A stretch of 64,000 nucleotides of DNA from Alphaproteobacteria bacterium (GTDB lineage Bacteria > Pseudomonadota > Alphaproteobacteria > MPNO01): positions 519,821 through 583,820 of the forward strand of contig CBDAUF010000001.1 of the NCBI GenBank assembly GCA_965200535.1, written 5' to 3'. This document shows, piece by piece, positions 20,108 through 28,327 of the stretch (position 1 is its first letter; each line of letters begins with the position of its first letter). Position numbers and translations under genes: made by a program. A model generated the notes under the pieces. That model was not told the DNA's origin. It saw only the letters and a program-made list of their open reading frames with translations, and ran no database searches.

Positions 20108-20542
20108 ATGACAGGCGCGCCGCCCTTCGCCGATGCGGTGGCCCGGCTCCGCGCAGCGCTCGCCGATGTCGCCAACGGCGACGTCGGGGCGATCAAGGCG
20201 CTCTGCGCCAGGACCGAGGACGCGACCAGCTTCTATGGCTGGGGCGGCTACGAGAAGGGCTGGGACGCGGTGTCGCGGCGCTGGGACTGGGCCGGCCGGC
20301 AGTTCGCGGGCGGCACCGTCCGGCATGTGAACCTGACCACCGTGGTCACGCCGGAACTCGCCTACACCACCGACATCGAAACCTTCGAAACCGCGGTGGA
20401 GGGAATGGACGCCCCGGCCCGCTGGTCGAACCGGGTCACCCACATATTCCGCCTGGTCGACGGGGAATGGCGGCTGATTCACCGCCACGCCAACCGCCTC
20501 GAGGACCGTTTCGAGCCGGCCGGCCGGCTGGCGCCGAAATGA
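20108..20542 (+). CDS. SnoaL-like / NTF2-fold (DUF4440-like) protein
   Basis: About 145 aa from MTGAPPF. The alpha+beta cone-fold hallmarks are WSNRVTHIFRLVDGEWRLIHRH. The start is uncertain. Confidence 0.5.
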   Translation: MTGAPPFADAVARLRAALADVANGDVGAIKALCARTEDATSFYGWGGYEKGWDAVSRRWDWAGRQFAGGTVRHVNLTTVVTPELAYTTDIETFETAVEGMDAPARWSNRVTHIFRLVDGEWRLIHRHANRLEDRFEPAGRLAPK

Positions 20543-20573
20543 GTCCCGTGCGCGAAACCAAACAGGTGACACC

Positions 20574-21749
20574 GTGAACGAAGACGAACAGGCGCGGGCT
20601 GCAGACCTTCTCGCCCGCGCGGAAGCGCTGGTCCCGGCGCTCGCCGAGCGCGCCGCCGAGACCGAGGCGCTGCGCCGCCTGCCCGACGAGACGATGGCCG
20701 ACATCCGCGCGGCCGGCCTGCACACGATGGGCAAGCCGCGGCGGCTCGGCGGCAGCGAACTGCCGCTCGATGCGATCGTCGGCATCATCGCCGCCCTCGC
20801 CAGGGGCTGCGCCTCGACTGCGTGGGTCTGCGGCGTCTACAGCGACCATGCGATCATTGTCGGGATGATGGATCCGCGCGTGGCCGACGAGGTGTGGGCC
20901 GACGACCTGGACGCGACGATCTCCGCCGGCTTCTTCCCCTCCGGCACCAACGAACCGGCCGACGGCGGCTGGCGGCTGACCGGCCGCTGGGCTTTCGCGA
21001 GCGGTTGCGACAACGCGCGCTGGCTGCTGCTCGGCAGCGTGCTCGCGGCCGGCGGCGCGGCGCCCGAACCCTGCCTGTGCCTGGTGCCGCGCAGCGCGGT
21101 CGAGATCGACGACGACTGGCGGGTGATGGGGCTCGCCGGCACCGGGTCCAAGACCATCGTTGCCGACGGGGCGTTCGTGCCGGCTCACCGTACGATTCCG
21201 CTCAGGCTTTCCAGCGGCGGCTGGGAGGCGCGGGGCAGGCCGGATGTCCCCGCGCTCTACCGCCTGCCGCACGTGTCCACCGTCCCGTTCCACTTCTGCG
21301 CCACCGCCCTCGGCATCGCCGAGAGCCTGCTCGAAGACATCGTCGCCGACATGATGCAGCGGCAGTCGTTCGGCGCGTCGGTCGCCGAATTCGCCACCGT
21401 ACAGGTGCGTATCGCCGCCGCATCGGCGGAGATCGACTGCGCCCGCATGCTGGTCGAGCGGGACGTGCGCGGAGCGATGGCCGCCATGCGGGAAGGCCGG
21501 ACGCTGACCCTGGCCGAACGCGCGCGCAACCGCCGCGACATGGGCTGGGCCGTCCGGTCCTGCCAGAGCGCCGTCGAGAGGCTGTTCGAGGCCGGCGGGG
21601 CGAAAGGCGTCTACGCCGACAGCGTCCCGCAGCGCAAGTTCCGCGACATCCGGGTGGCAGCCAACCATCTCGCGCTCAACTGGGACGTGGCAGGGACCAC
21701 GTATGGGCGCGTTGCCTTCGGGCTGGATCCCAACTCGCCGCTGATCTGA
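20574..21749 (+). CDS. acyl-CoA-dehydrogenase-fold flavin-dependent monooxygenase (group D; DszC/SfnB/HsaA-like)
   Basis: Length is 391 aa with a GTG start and ACAD N, middle and C-terminal domain layout. The catalytic Glu of true ACADs is not evident. The N-terminus resembles SfnB/DszC-type oxygenases. The family call is by resemblance only. Confidence 0.7.
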   Translation: MNEDEQARAADLLARAEALVPALAERAAETEALRRLPDETMADIRAAGLHTMGKPRRLGGSELPLDAIVGIIAALARGCASTAWVCGVYSDHAIIVGMMDPRVADEVWADDLDATISAGFFPSGTNEPADGGWRLTGRWAFASGCDNARWLLLGSVLAAGGAAPEPCLCLVPRSAVEIDDDWRVMGLAGTGSKTIVADGAFVPAHRTIPLRLSSGGWEARGRPDVPALYRLPHVSTVPFHFCATALGIAESLLEDIVADMMQRQSFGASVAEFATVQVRIAAASAEIDCARMLVERDVRGAMAAMREGRTLTLAERARNRRDMGWAVRSCQSAVERLFEAGGAKGVYADSVPQRKFRDIRVAANHLALNWDVAGTTYGRVAFGLDPNSPLI

Positions 21750-21757
21750 CGGCTCGG

Positions 21758-22765
21758 CTACGCCCAGAAGGCGGGCAGCACCTCCTCGATGCATCTCTGC
21801 AGTTGCTCGCGCGGGCGGGCCGAGACGAAGCGCATGATCGGCATGGTGCAGCCGGCCTCGATATAGGCCGCGAGCTTGTCGATCACCGCCTGCGGCGAAC
21901 CGTAGGCGAGCCAAGTCTCGGCCTGGTCGCGCGAGATGTACCCCGCGCCGTAATAAGCGCCGAGGAAGGTCGCCGCTTCCTCGAACGCGCGGTCCCGGTT
22001 CTCGTCGATATTGACCATCATGTGTAGCGAGGCGTCGAAGCCGGCGGTATCACGGCCCAGCGCCTGGGCGTAGGCGCGGATTTTCGCGGAGCGCTCGGCG
22101 AAGCGGGCGACCGGCGTGCCGTCCGTCTGCCAGCCGTCGGCGTGGGCGGCGACGCGCTTCAGGATGCGCTCCATCGCCTCCTCCGGGACGTCGTCGCGCT
22201 TGGGGTTGACGGCGATATGGATCGGCACGGGCCGCTGCACCGGCTTGGGTCGGAGATCGACATCGGCGAAGCTGCGGAAACGGCCGTCATGGCTCGCCGG
22301 CCCCTCGCCCCACAGCTTGCGGAGGATCGCGATCCCCTCCACGACACGGGCGGGGCGGTCCGCCGACCGGACGCCCATGACCTCGAGTTCGTGCGCGAAC
22401 TGCGGGCCGTCCAGGCGGGAGCCGCCGTTACAGACGGCGAGAATCGTCCGGCCCTTCGACAGTACGTCGAGGCTCGCCCATTGCAGCGCGAACAAGAGCG
22501 GGTCGCGCAGCGGGAAGCTTGCGAGGCAGACAGTGCCGAGCCTGACCCGGCTGGTGCGCGCGGCCATCGCCGACAGGGTGACAACCGCCTCGACCCGCGG
22601 CTTGGACAACAGGTTGTCGCCGACCCAGACGCCGTGGAACAGGCCCGAAGCCTCGGCCGTTTCAGCCATCTCGACCAGATCGTCGAGCGTCCCCCAGTCG
22701 AACAGGACGGCCCGCGTCGACAGGGACAGGCCGAACCTGGCCCGCATGGGTACGGAGGCAGCCAT
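21758..22765 (-). CDS. LLM-class (luciferase-like) flavin-dependent oxidoreductase
   Basis: A TIM-barrel LLM N-terminus (FGLSLSTRAV...WVGDNLL) continues for 335 aa. The start abuts the M20 stop with a 1 nt gap. Confidence 0.8.
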   Translation of the reverse strand: MAASVPMRARFGLSLSTRAVLFDWGTLDDLVEMAETAEASGLFHGVWVGDNLLSKPRVEAVVTLSAMAARTSRVRLGTVCLASFPLRDPLLFALQWASLDVLSKGRTILAVCNGGSRLDGPQFAHELEVMGVRSADRPARVVEGIAILRKLWGEGPASHDGRFRSFADVDLRPKPVQRPVPIHIAVNPKRDDVPEEAMERILKRVAAHADGWQTDGTPVARFAERSAKIRAYAQALGRDTAGFDASLHMMVNIDENRDRAFEEAATFLGAYYGAGYISRDQAETWLAYGSPQAVIDKLAAYIEAGCTMPIMRFVSARPREQLQRCIEEVLPAFWA

Positions 22766-22766
22766 C

Positions 22767-23987
22767 TCAGTCTCCGAGGTAGGAGAGGACGGTCCGCGCG
22801 ACCACCCGCGCGACCCGCTCGAGGCAGGAGAGGGCGACCAAGTCGGTCTCCAGCACGCCGCCGCCGCCGCCGACCCCGTACATCACGGCCGGCACGCCGG
22901 CCGCGCACGGCCCGCCGGCGTCGAATGTTCCCTGGCCGTAGAACGTCGCCGGCGCCGCGCCGTGCACCTGCCCGTGCGCATCGGCGAGCAGGCGGACCAC
23001 CGGATTTTCCGGATCGACCAGCGCGGGCAGCATGTGGTGACCCTGTTCCACCGTCACGTCGAAGGGCGAGAGGTCGCCGATCGCGGTTCTCACCTGCTCG
23101 GTTGCCGCCGCCGGGTCGTCGCCGGGCAGCAGCCGCCGGTCGATCCGCATCCGCGCAGTGTCCGGCAGGGTGTGCGGGGCGAGCGGCGCGTAGGCGATCT
23201 GGTAGGGGAGCGCGTGGCGTCCGCCGAGCAGCGGGTGGATCCCCTCGAACGTCATCCGCTTGAGGCGGTTCATCACCTCCCAGGCCCCCTCGATAGCGCT
23301 GAGCCCGGTATCCGGAACGCTCGAATGGACCGCCTTGCCGCGGACCGTGACATTGACATCGACCCGCCCGCGGTTGCCCAGCGAGATGCGCTCGCCGGTT
23401 ACGGTCATCAGCAGCGCGAAGTCGGGCTTTTCGTCCAGGGCGGCGAGGATCGCCTCGGAGCACCTGTGGCTCGATCGCCCCTCGTTGTTGACCGCGACGT
23501 AGAGCGTGCCCGGGATCGCCGCTCCGGTATCGGCCAGGAGCTTGAGAATGGCGAGCGCGATCGCCTGGTGAGACTTGTTCTGACCGACGCCCATGCCGAA
23601 GACGCAGGGCTCGTCGAGCCCCCACGGTGCACCCGAGGCGATCTTTCCGGACCACGGATCGTCCATGAGGTTGTGGTGCTGGACCGGCGTGTAGACCTGC
23701 ACCAGGAGCGACCTTCCGCTCGAGCCTGCGCCGTGGCGCGCGACGATCTGGTTGCCCGGAACGTCGATCAGGTCGTAGGCGCCGGCAGCCGCGAATTTCG
23801 GCCGCAACACCCGCTGGACGTAGTGGACGAGCTTGGGATCGTCCGGTTCGATGAAGACTTCCGCCCCCATCGGCACATCGGCCGGCACCTGCGCCAACTC
23901 GACCAGCGTGTCGATCAAAAAGCGCCGGTCCAGCCGGCCGACGAGAGCCTCGATATCCATGCACCGGTCTCCGTTGTTCGCCGTCAC
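22767..23987 (-). CDS. M20-family metallohydrolase (ArgE/DapE/ACY1-like)
   Basis: Length is ~400 aa. The metal-binding segments are HYDVV-like (HNLMDDPW) and GMGVGQNKSHQA. The start is GTG 23987 or ATG ~23960. My manual count is off by one in this line. Confidence 0.7.
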   Translation of the reverse strand: MTANNGDRCMDIEALVGRLDRRFLIDTLVELAQVPADVPMGAEVFIEPDDPKLVHYVQRVLRPKFAAAGAYDLIDVPGNQIVARHGAGSSGRSLLVQVYTPVQHHNLMDDPWSGKIASGAPWGLDEPCVFGMGVGQNKSHQAIALAILKLLADTGAAIPGTLYVAVNNEGRSSHRCSEAILAALDEKPDFALLMTVTGERISLGNRGRVDVNVTVRGKAVHSSVPDTGLSAIEGAWEVMNRLKRMTFEGIHPLLGGRHALPYQIAYAPLAPHTLPDTARMRIDRRLLPGDDPAAATEQVRTAIGDLSPFDVTVEQGHHMLPALVDPENPVVRLLADAHGQVHGAAPATFYGQGTFDAGGPCAAGVPAVMYGVGGGGGVLETDLVALSCLERVARVVARTVLSYLGD

Positions 23988-24035
23988 GGTTCCGCCCGTG
24001 CACCCGCCGCGGGGACGGAAACCGGGCCGGCCGCG

Positions 24036-25241
24036 TCAGCCCAGATTGATGCCGTCGGACGCAACCTTCGCCCCGAGCGCCCAGGCGCCCCAAGTCTGCA
24101 ACTGTGTCTTGCGGGCCTGGATTTGCAGCCCCACCGCATGGATATCGCGGAACCGCCGCTCGAAGGGGCTCGCCGCCATGATGGCGCTGGTTCCCGCGGT
24201 GTCGTAGAGGACATCGACGGCCGCCTTGGCTTCGTGGATCGCATGCGTACCGGCGAGGCGGATCGTCATCAGGGCCTGTTGCGACATGCGGTCCTTGCAC
24301 GCGAGATCGGTTGCTCCCGCTTCGGCCGCCTCGACAAGGAAGGCGCGGGCGCCGCGGATGCGGGCTTCGGCGCGGGCCAGCTCCTCCTGGACCGCCGGGT
24401 TCTCCCGCAGCCCCAGCCGGGCGCCGCGCGGGTGCTTGGACTCGGCCAGTGCGACAAACGCATCGCAGAATCCGCGCGCGATGCCGAGGGCGACCGCGGC
24501 GAAGCCGATTGCATAGACCGTCATCAGCGGCATGCCGTGCAGCGAGGAGATCCGCGGCTTGTCGTCCATCATCGTGGCGCGGACGATCGTCCGTTCCTCC
24601 GGCACGAACAAGTCGTCGCAGGAAAACCCGTCGCTTCCCGTCCCGCGCAGCCCCATGGTGTCCCAGGCGTCGGAAAGCGCGACCGCGTCCGCAGGGATCA
24701 GCGCCGAACGGTTCTCCGGTGCGCCCCGCGCATCTAGCCGCGGTGTGCCGTCGTTCTCGAACACCGTGCAGTGGGCCGCGAGCCAGGTCGCATGATGGCA
24801 GCCGCTCGCGAAGTTGGTGCGTGCGGTGACGAGGTAGCCGCCGGCCACCGCGCGCGCTTCCGCCTTGCCCGGGCCCCAGGCCAGCACTCCCGACGGATCC
24901 CGCCCCCAGATCGTCTCGGCCAGGGCTGGATCGAGGAAGCCGGCGAGCGAGGCGCATCCGTTGCCCTGGTTGATGCACCATGCGGCGCTGCCGTCATGGC
25001 GGGCGATGGCCTCGACCACCGCGAGAAGGGTCGGCAGTCGCGCCTCGGCGCCGCCGTAGGCGGCCGGCAGCAGGAGACGGAACAGCGCCTGCTCGTGAAG
25101 CGCCGCCATCGCCCGGCCGCTCAGCCGCCGCGCTCGGTCGGCTTCCGGGGCCAGGGCTTCGACCTCCAGGCCGGCCACCGCCGCCCGGGCGAGCCAGTCC
25201 TCGGTATCGAGCGCGGCGATGTCCTGCCCCGCGGAATCCAT
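24036..25241 (-). CDS. acyl-CoA-dehydrogenase-fold flavin-dependent monooxygenase (second paralog)
   Basis: The internal ATG at 25241 (MDSAGQDIAAL) gives 401 aa with the ACAD-fold three-domain pattern. The 1086 nt of ORF upstream of this Met is antisense to the TauD-like gene and was rejected. Confidence 0.75.
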   Translation of the reverse strand: MDSAGQDIAALDTEDWLARAAVAGLEVEALAPEADRARRLSGRAMAALHEQALFRLLLPAAYGGAEARLPTLLAVVEAIARHDGSAAWCINQGNGCASLAGFLDPALAETIWGRDPSGVLAWGPGKAEARAVAGGYLVTARTNFASGCHHATWLAAHCTVFENDGTPRLDARGAPENRSALIPADAVALSDAWDTMGLRGTGSDGFSCDDLFVPEERTIVRATMMDDKPRISSLHGMPLMTVYAIGFAAVALGIARGFCDAFVALAESKHPRGARLGLRENPAVQEELARAEARIRGARAFLVEAAEAGATDLACKDRMSQQALMTIRLAGTHAIHEAKAAVDVLYDTAGTSAIMAASPFERRFRDIHAVGLQIQARKTQLQTWGAWALGAKVASDGINLG

Positions 25242-25376
25242 GGGGCGCTCCTGCGCGGTTGTTGCCGCCCGATTATGGGGGCGGTGCCCGGGGCTGTCAC
25301 CGTGCACCGCACGGTCCGATCGTGTAGCCTGTCGGCGTACCGGACCGCGCGAGAGCGGACGAGGAAAGACACAGCC

Positions 25377-26213
25377 ATGGACGGCCATCGAGAAGCGCGC
25401 GCACCCTACCGGACGATCACGGTCACCCCGGCGAGCCCCCATGTCGGCGCCGAGATCGGCGGCATCGACCTGACCCGGCCGCTGGGTGCGGAACAATTGA
25501 CCGAGCTTCGCCGCGCCTTCGTCGAGCATCTGGTGCTGTTCTTCCGCGACCAGGAAATCGGCTTCGACGACCACGCGCGGCTCGCCGAGTATTTCGGCAC
25601 CATCGGCCATCATGTCGGCGTCAAGACCCACAGCGCGCCGTCGGAAGATGCGCGCGTGCGGCGGTTCCATTTCGATGCCGCGTCGAAAGGGGTCTCGGGC
25701 GACGTCTGGCACACCGATCAGTCCTGCGCGCCGGTCCCGCCGCTCGCCAGCATCCTCTACAACCATACCCTGCCGCCCGACGGCGGCGGCGACACCCTGT
25801 TCGCCAGCATGTATGCAGCCTACGACGCGCTGTCGGAGCGCATGAAGACTTTTCTGGACGGCTTGACCGCGCTGCACGACGGGGTGCCCGTATTCGGAGA
25901 GGGCACGCCGCGGGCGACGCACCCGGTGGTCGTCCGCCATCCCGACAGCGGCCGCAGGCTGATCTACGTCAACGAGGCCTTCACCGTTCGCATCAACGAA
26001 ATCCCGCCGGGCGAGAGCCGGCACCTGCTCCGCTTTCTCGTCGAGCACTGCACCCAGCCGGAATGGACCTGCCGCTTCCGTTGGCGGCCCCACTCGATCG
26101 CGTTCTGGGACAACCGCTGCGCCCAGCATCGGGCGATCTCCGATTACCTGCCCAACGTGCGGTCCGGCTACCGGGTCCAGATCGAAGGCGCCGCGCCCCC
26201 GGCCGCGGCCTGA
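25377..26213 (+). CDS. TauD/TfdA-family Fe(II)/2-oxoglutarate-dependent dioxygenase (second paralog)
   Basis: A GAGGAAAGA-type RBS precedes MDGHREARAPYRTITVTP. WHTDQS is the HxD motif, followed by C-terminal FWDNRCAQHRA. Length is 278 aa. Confidence 0.8.
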   Translation: MDGHREARAPYRTITVTPASPHVGAEIGGIDLTRPLGAEQLTELRRAFVEHLVLFFRDQEIGFDDHARLAEYFGTIGHHVGVKTHSAPSEDARVRRFHFDAASKGVSGDVWHTDQSCAPVPPLASILYNHTLPPDGGGDTLFASMYAAYDALSERMKTFLDGLTALHDGVPVFGEGTPRATHPVVVRHPDSGRRLIYVNEAFTVRINEIPPGESRHLLRFLVEHCTQPEWTCRFRWRPHSIAFWDNRCAQHRAISDYLPNVRSGYRVQIEGAAPPAAA

Positions 26214-26268
26214 CCCGCCGGTCCGGAGCGGAGCGCCGGCAGGCAACACTCCCCCCGGCTCCGGCTTT

Positions 26269-26991
26269 TCAGTACATGTGCTGACCGCCGTTGATGCTGA
26301 GCGTCGAGCCGGTGATGAAATCCGCATCGTCGCCGGTCAGAAAAACCACGCCGCGGGCGATGTCGTGGGCGGTGCCGAGCCGTCCGACGGGGATGCGCTC
26401 GATGATGCGCTCCAGCACCCGCTCCGGGACCGCACGAACCATGTCGGTGTCGACATAGCCGGGTGCGACGGCGTTGACGGTGATGCCGTGCGCCGCCCCT
26501 TCTTGCGCCAGGGCCTTGGTGAAGCCGTGGATGCCCGACTTGGCGGCGGCGTAGTTCACCTGACCGTACTGCCCGCCCTGGCCGTTGATCGAACCGATAT
26601 TGACGATGCGGCCGAACCGGCGTTCGCGCATGCCGTCGATGACCGCGCGGCAGCAATTGAAACAGGAGCTGAGGTTGGTGCGGATGACGTCGTCCCAGTT
26701 CTCGAACGCCATCCGGTGCAGGGTGCCGTCGCGGGTAATCCCGGCGTTGTTGACCAGGATATCGACGGGGCCGAGCCCGGCCTCGATACGCGCGACGCCG
26801 TCCTGCACCGCCGCGAAATCGCCGACATCGAACCTGTAGACCTCGATACCGGTGCGCGCGGAGAATTCCCGCGCCCGCTCGTCGTTTCCGCCGTAATTCG
26901 CCGCCACGCGGCAGCCCGCATCCCTGAGGGCGGTGGAGATCGCCTCGCCAATGCCGCGGGTGCCGCCCGTAACCAATGCTGTGCGCGCCAT
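26269..26991 (-). CDS. phaB: acetoacetyl-CoA reductase
   Basis: Length is 240 aa in the SDR family. MARTALVTGGTRGIGEAIS matches TGGxxGIG, and NAGITRD and the YAAAK catalytic motif are present. It is near-collinear with the typical PhbB and sits immediately downstream of a thiolase. Confidence 0.85.
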   Translation of the reverse strand: MARTALVTGGTRGIGEAISTALRDAGCRVAANYGGNDERAREFSARTGIEVYRFDVGDFAAVQDGVARIEAGLGPVDILVNNAGITRDGTLHRMAFENWDDVIRTNLSSCFNCCRAVIDGMRERRFGRIVNIGSINGQGGQYGQVNYAAAKSGIHGFTKALAQEGAAHGITVNAVAPGYVDTDMVRAVPERVLERIIERIPVGRLGTAHDIARGVVFLTGDDADFITGSTLSINGGQHMY

Positions 26992-27062
26992 GTCCCGATG
27001 CTCCCGTTGCGCGTTGGCCGACCGTCCGCGCCGTTCTCCCCGCTACAGCCGCTGTGCGCGGA

Positions 27063-28238
27063 TCAGTCGCGCGCCACGCACATGGCGATCCCCATGCCGC
27101 CGCCGATACACAGGGTGGCGAGTCCCTTCGCCGCGCCGCGCCGCCGCATCTCGTAGAGCAGGGTGGTCAGAATGCGGGCGCCCGAGGCGCCGATGGGGTG
27201 GCCGAGCGCGATCGCGCCCCCGTTGACGTTGACCTTTTCCATGTCGAAGCCCAGATCCCGGGCAACCGCGCAGGACTGTGCTGCGAAGGCCTCGTTCGAT
27301 TCGACGAGGTCGATATCCTCGATGCTCCAGCCGGCCTTTTCCAGCGCCTTGCGGCTGGCCGGGATCGGCCCCGAACCCATCAGCGCCGGATCGACGCCGG
27401 CGGTCGCCCAGGACACAATGCGCGCGAGCGGCGCGGCGCCCCGCCGGGCGGCCTCTTCCCCCGACATCAGGACCAGTGCGGCCGCCCCGTCGTTGATGCC
27501 GGATGCGTTGCCCGCGGTTACGGTGCCGTCCCTGGCGAAGGCCGGGCGCAGGCTTGCAAGTGTCTCGGGCGTGGTCCCGTGGCGCGGATACTCGTCAACC
27601 TCGACGGCAATGTCGCCCTTGCGGCGGGGCACGATCACCGGCGCGATCTCGTCGGCGAACCGGCCCGTTTTCTGGGCGTCCTCCGCCTTTGCCTGGCTGG
27701 CAGCGGCAAAGGCGTCCTGTTCCGCGCGGGTGATCTGCCATTTCTCGGCGACATTCTCCGCCGTAGTGCCCATGTGGTAGCCGTTGAAGGCGTCCCACAA
27801 CCCGTCCTTGATCATCGTGTCGGTGAAGGATACATCGCCCATCTTGCGCCCTGCCCTGAGGTGGGCCGCGTGCGGCGACAGGCTCATGCTCTCCTGTCCG
27901 CCGGCGACGACGATCGCCGCATCGCCGGCGTGGATCGCCTGGCCGGCCATCGCCACCGCGCGCAAGCCGGAGCCGCAGACCTGATTGATGGTGAGCGCCG
28001 TTTTCTCCCGCGGTACGCCGGCGGCCATGGCGGCCTGCCGGGCCGGGTTCTGGCCGGTGTCGGCGGTCAACACCTGCCCCAGGATCACGTCGTCGATGTC
28101 CGCGCCGCCGACGCCGGCCCGATCCATCGCGGCCTCGATCGCGGCCTTGCCGAGGTCGGCGGCGGGCACGGTGGCGAAGGCGCCGTTGAACGCACCGATG
28201 GGGGTGCGCGCTGCGCCGGCGATCACGATGTCGGTCAT
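27063..28238 (-). CDS. phaA: acetyl-CoA C-acetyltransferase (beta-ketothiolase)
   Basis: Length is 391 aa. [19 protein letters not shown] is the thiolase N-terminus. The active-site Cys sits in NQVCGSGL. The C-terminus has [17 protein letters not shown] and CIGGGMG. Confidence 0.9.
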   Translation of the reverse strand: MTDIVIAGAARTPIGAFNGAFATVPAADLGKAAIEAAMDRAGVGGADIDDVILGQVLTADTGQNPARQAAMAAGVPREKTALTINQVCGSGLRAVAMAGQAIHAGDAAIVVAGGQESMSLSPHAAHLRAGRKMGDVSFTDTMIKDGLWDAFNGYHMGTTAENVAEKWQITRAEQDAFAAASQAKAEDAQKTGRFADEIAPVIVPRRKGDIAVEVDEYPRHGTTPETLASLRPAFARDGTVTAGNASGINDGAAALVLMSGEEAARRGAAPLARIVSWATAGVDPALMGSGPIPASRKALEKAGWSIEDIDLVESNEAFAAQSCAVARDLGFDMEKVNVNGGAIALGHPIGASGARILTTLLYEMRRRGAAKGLATLCIGGGMGIAMCVARD

Positions 28239-28327
28239 GGGGTCGTCCTTCCGCAGATGCTGCGCGAGGGTCCGCGCCGGTTCGATCTAGGAAGCCGCGG
28301 GCGGCGATGCAATGGGCGGCGATCCGG

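Noticed and set aside
23941-24000. Apparent 1-nt discrepancy between my manual coordinate counting and the ORF track near the M20 start
   Set aside because: The printed sequence line appears to show 59 rather than 60 characters. ORF-track coordinates were trusted. There is no biological meaning.
22116-24981. Two very long overlapping ORFs (873 aa on +, 940 aa on -) spanning the LLM/M20/ACAD-fold gene region
   Set aside because: Both are compositionally junk (runs of R, P, G, A) and run in alternative frames over genes with clear family motifs. They were rejected as GC-driven open frames.
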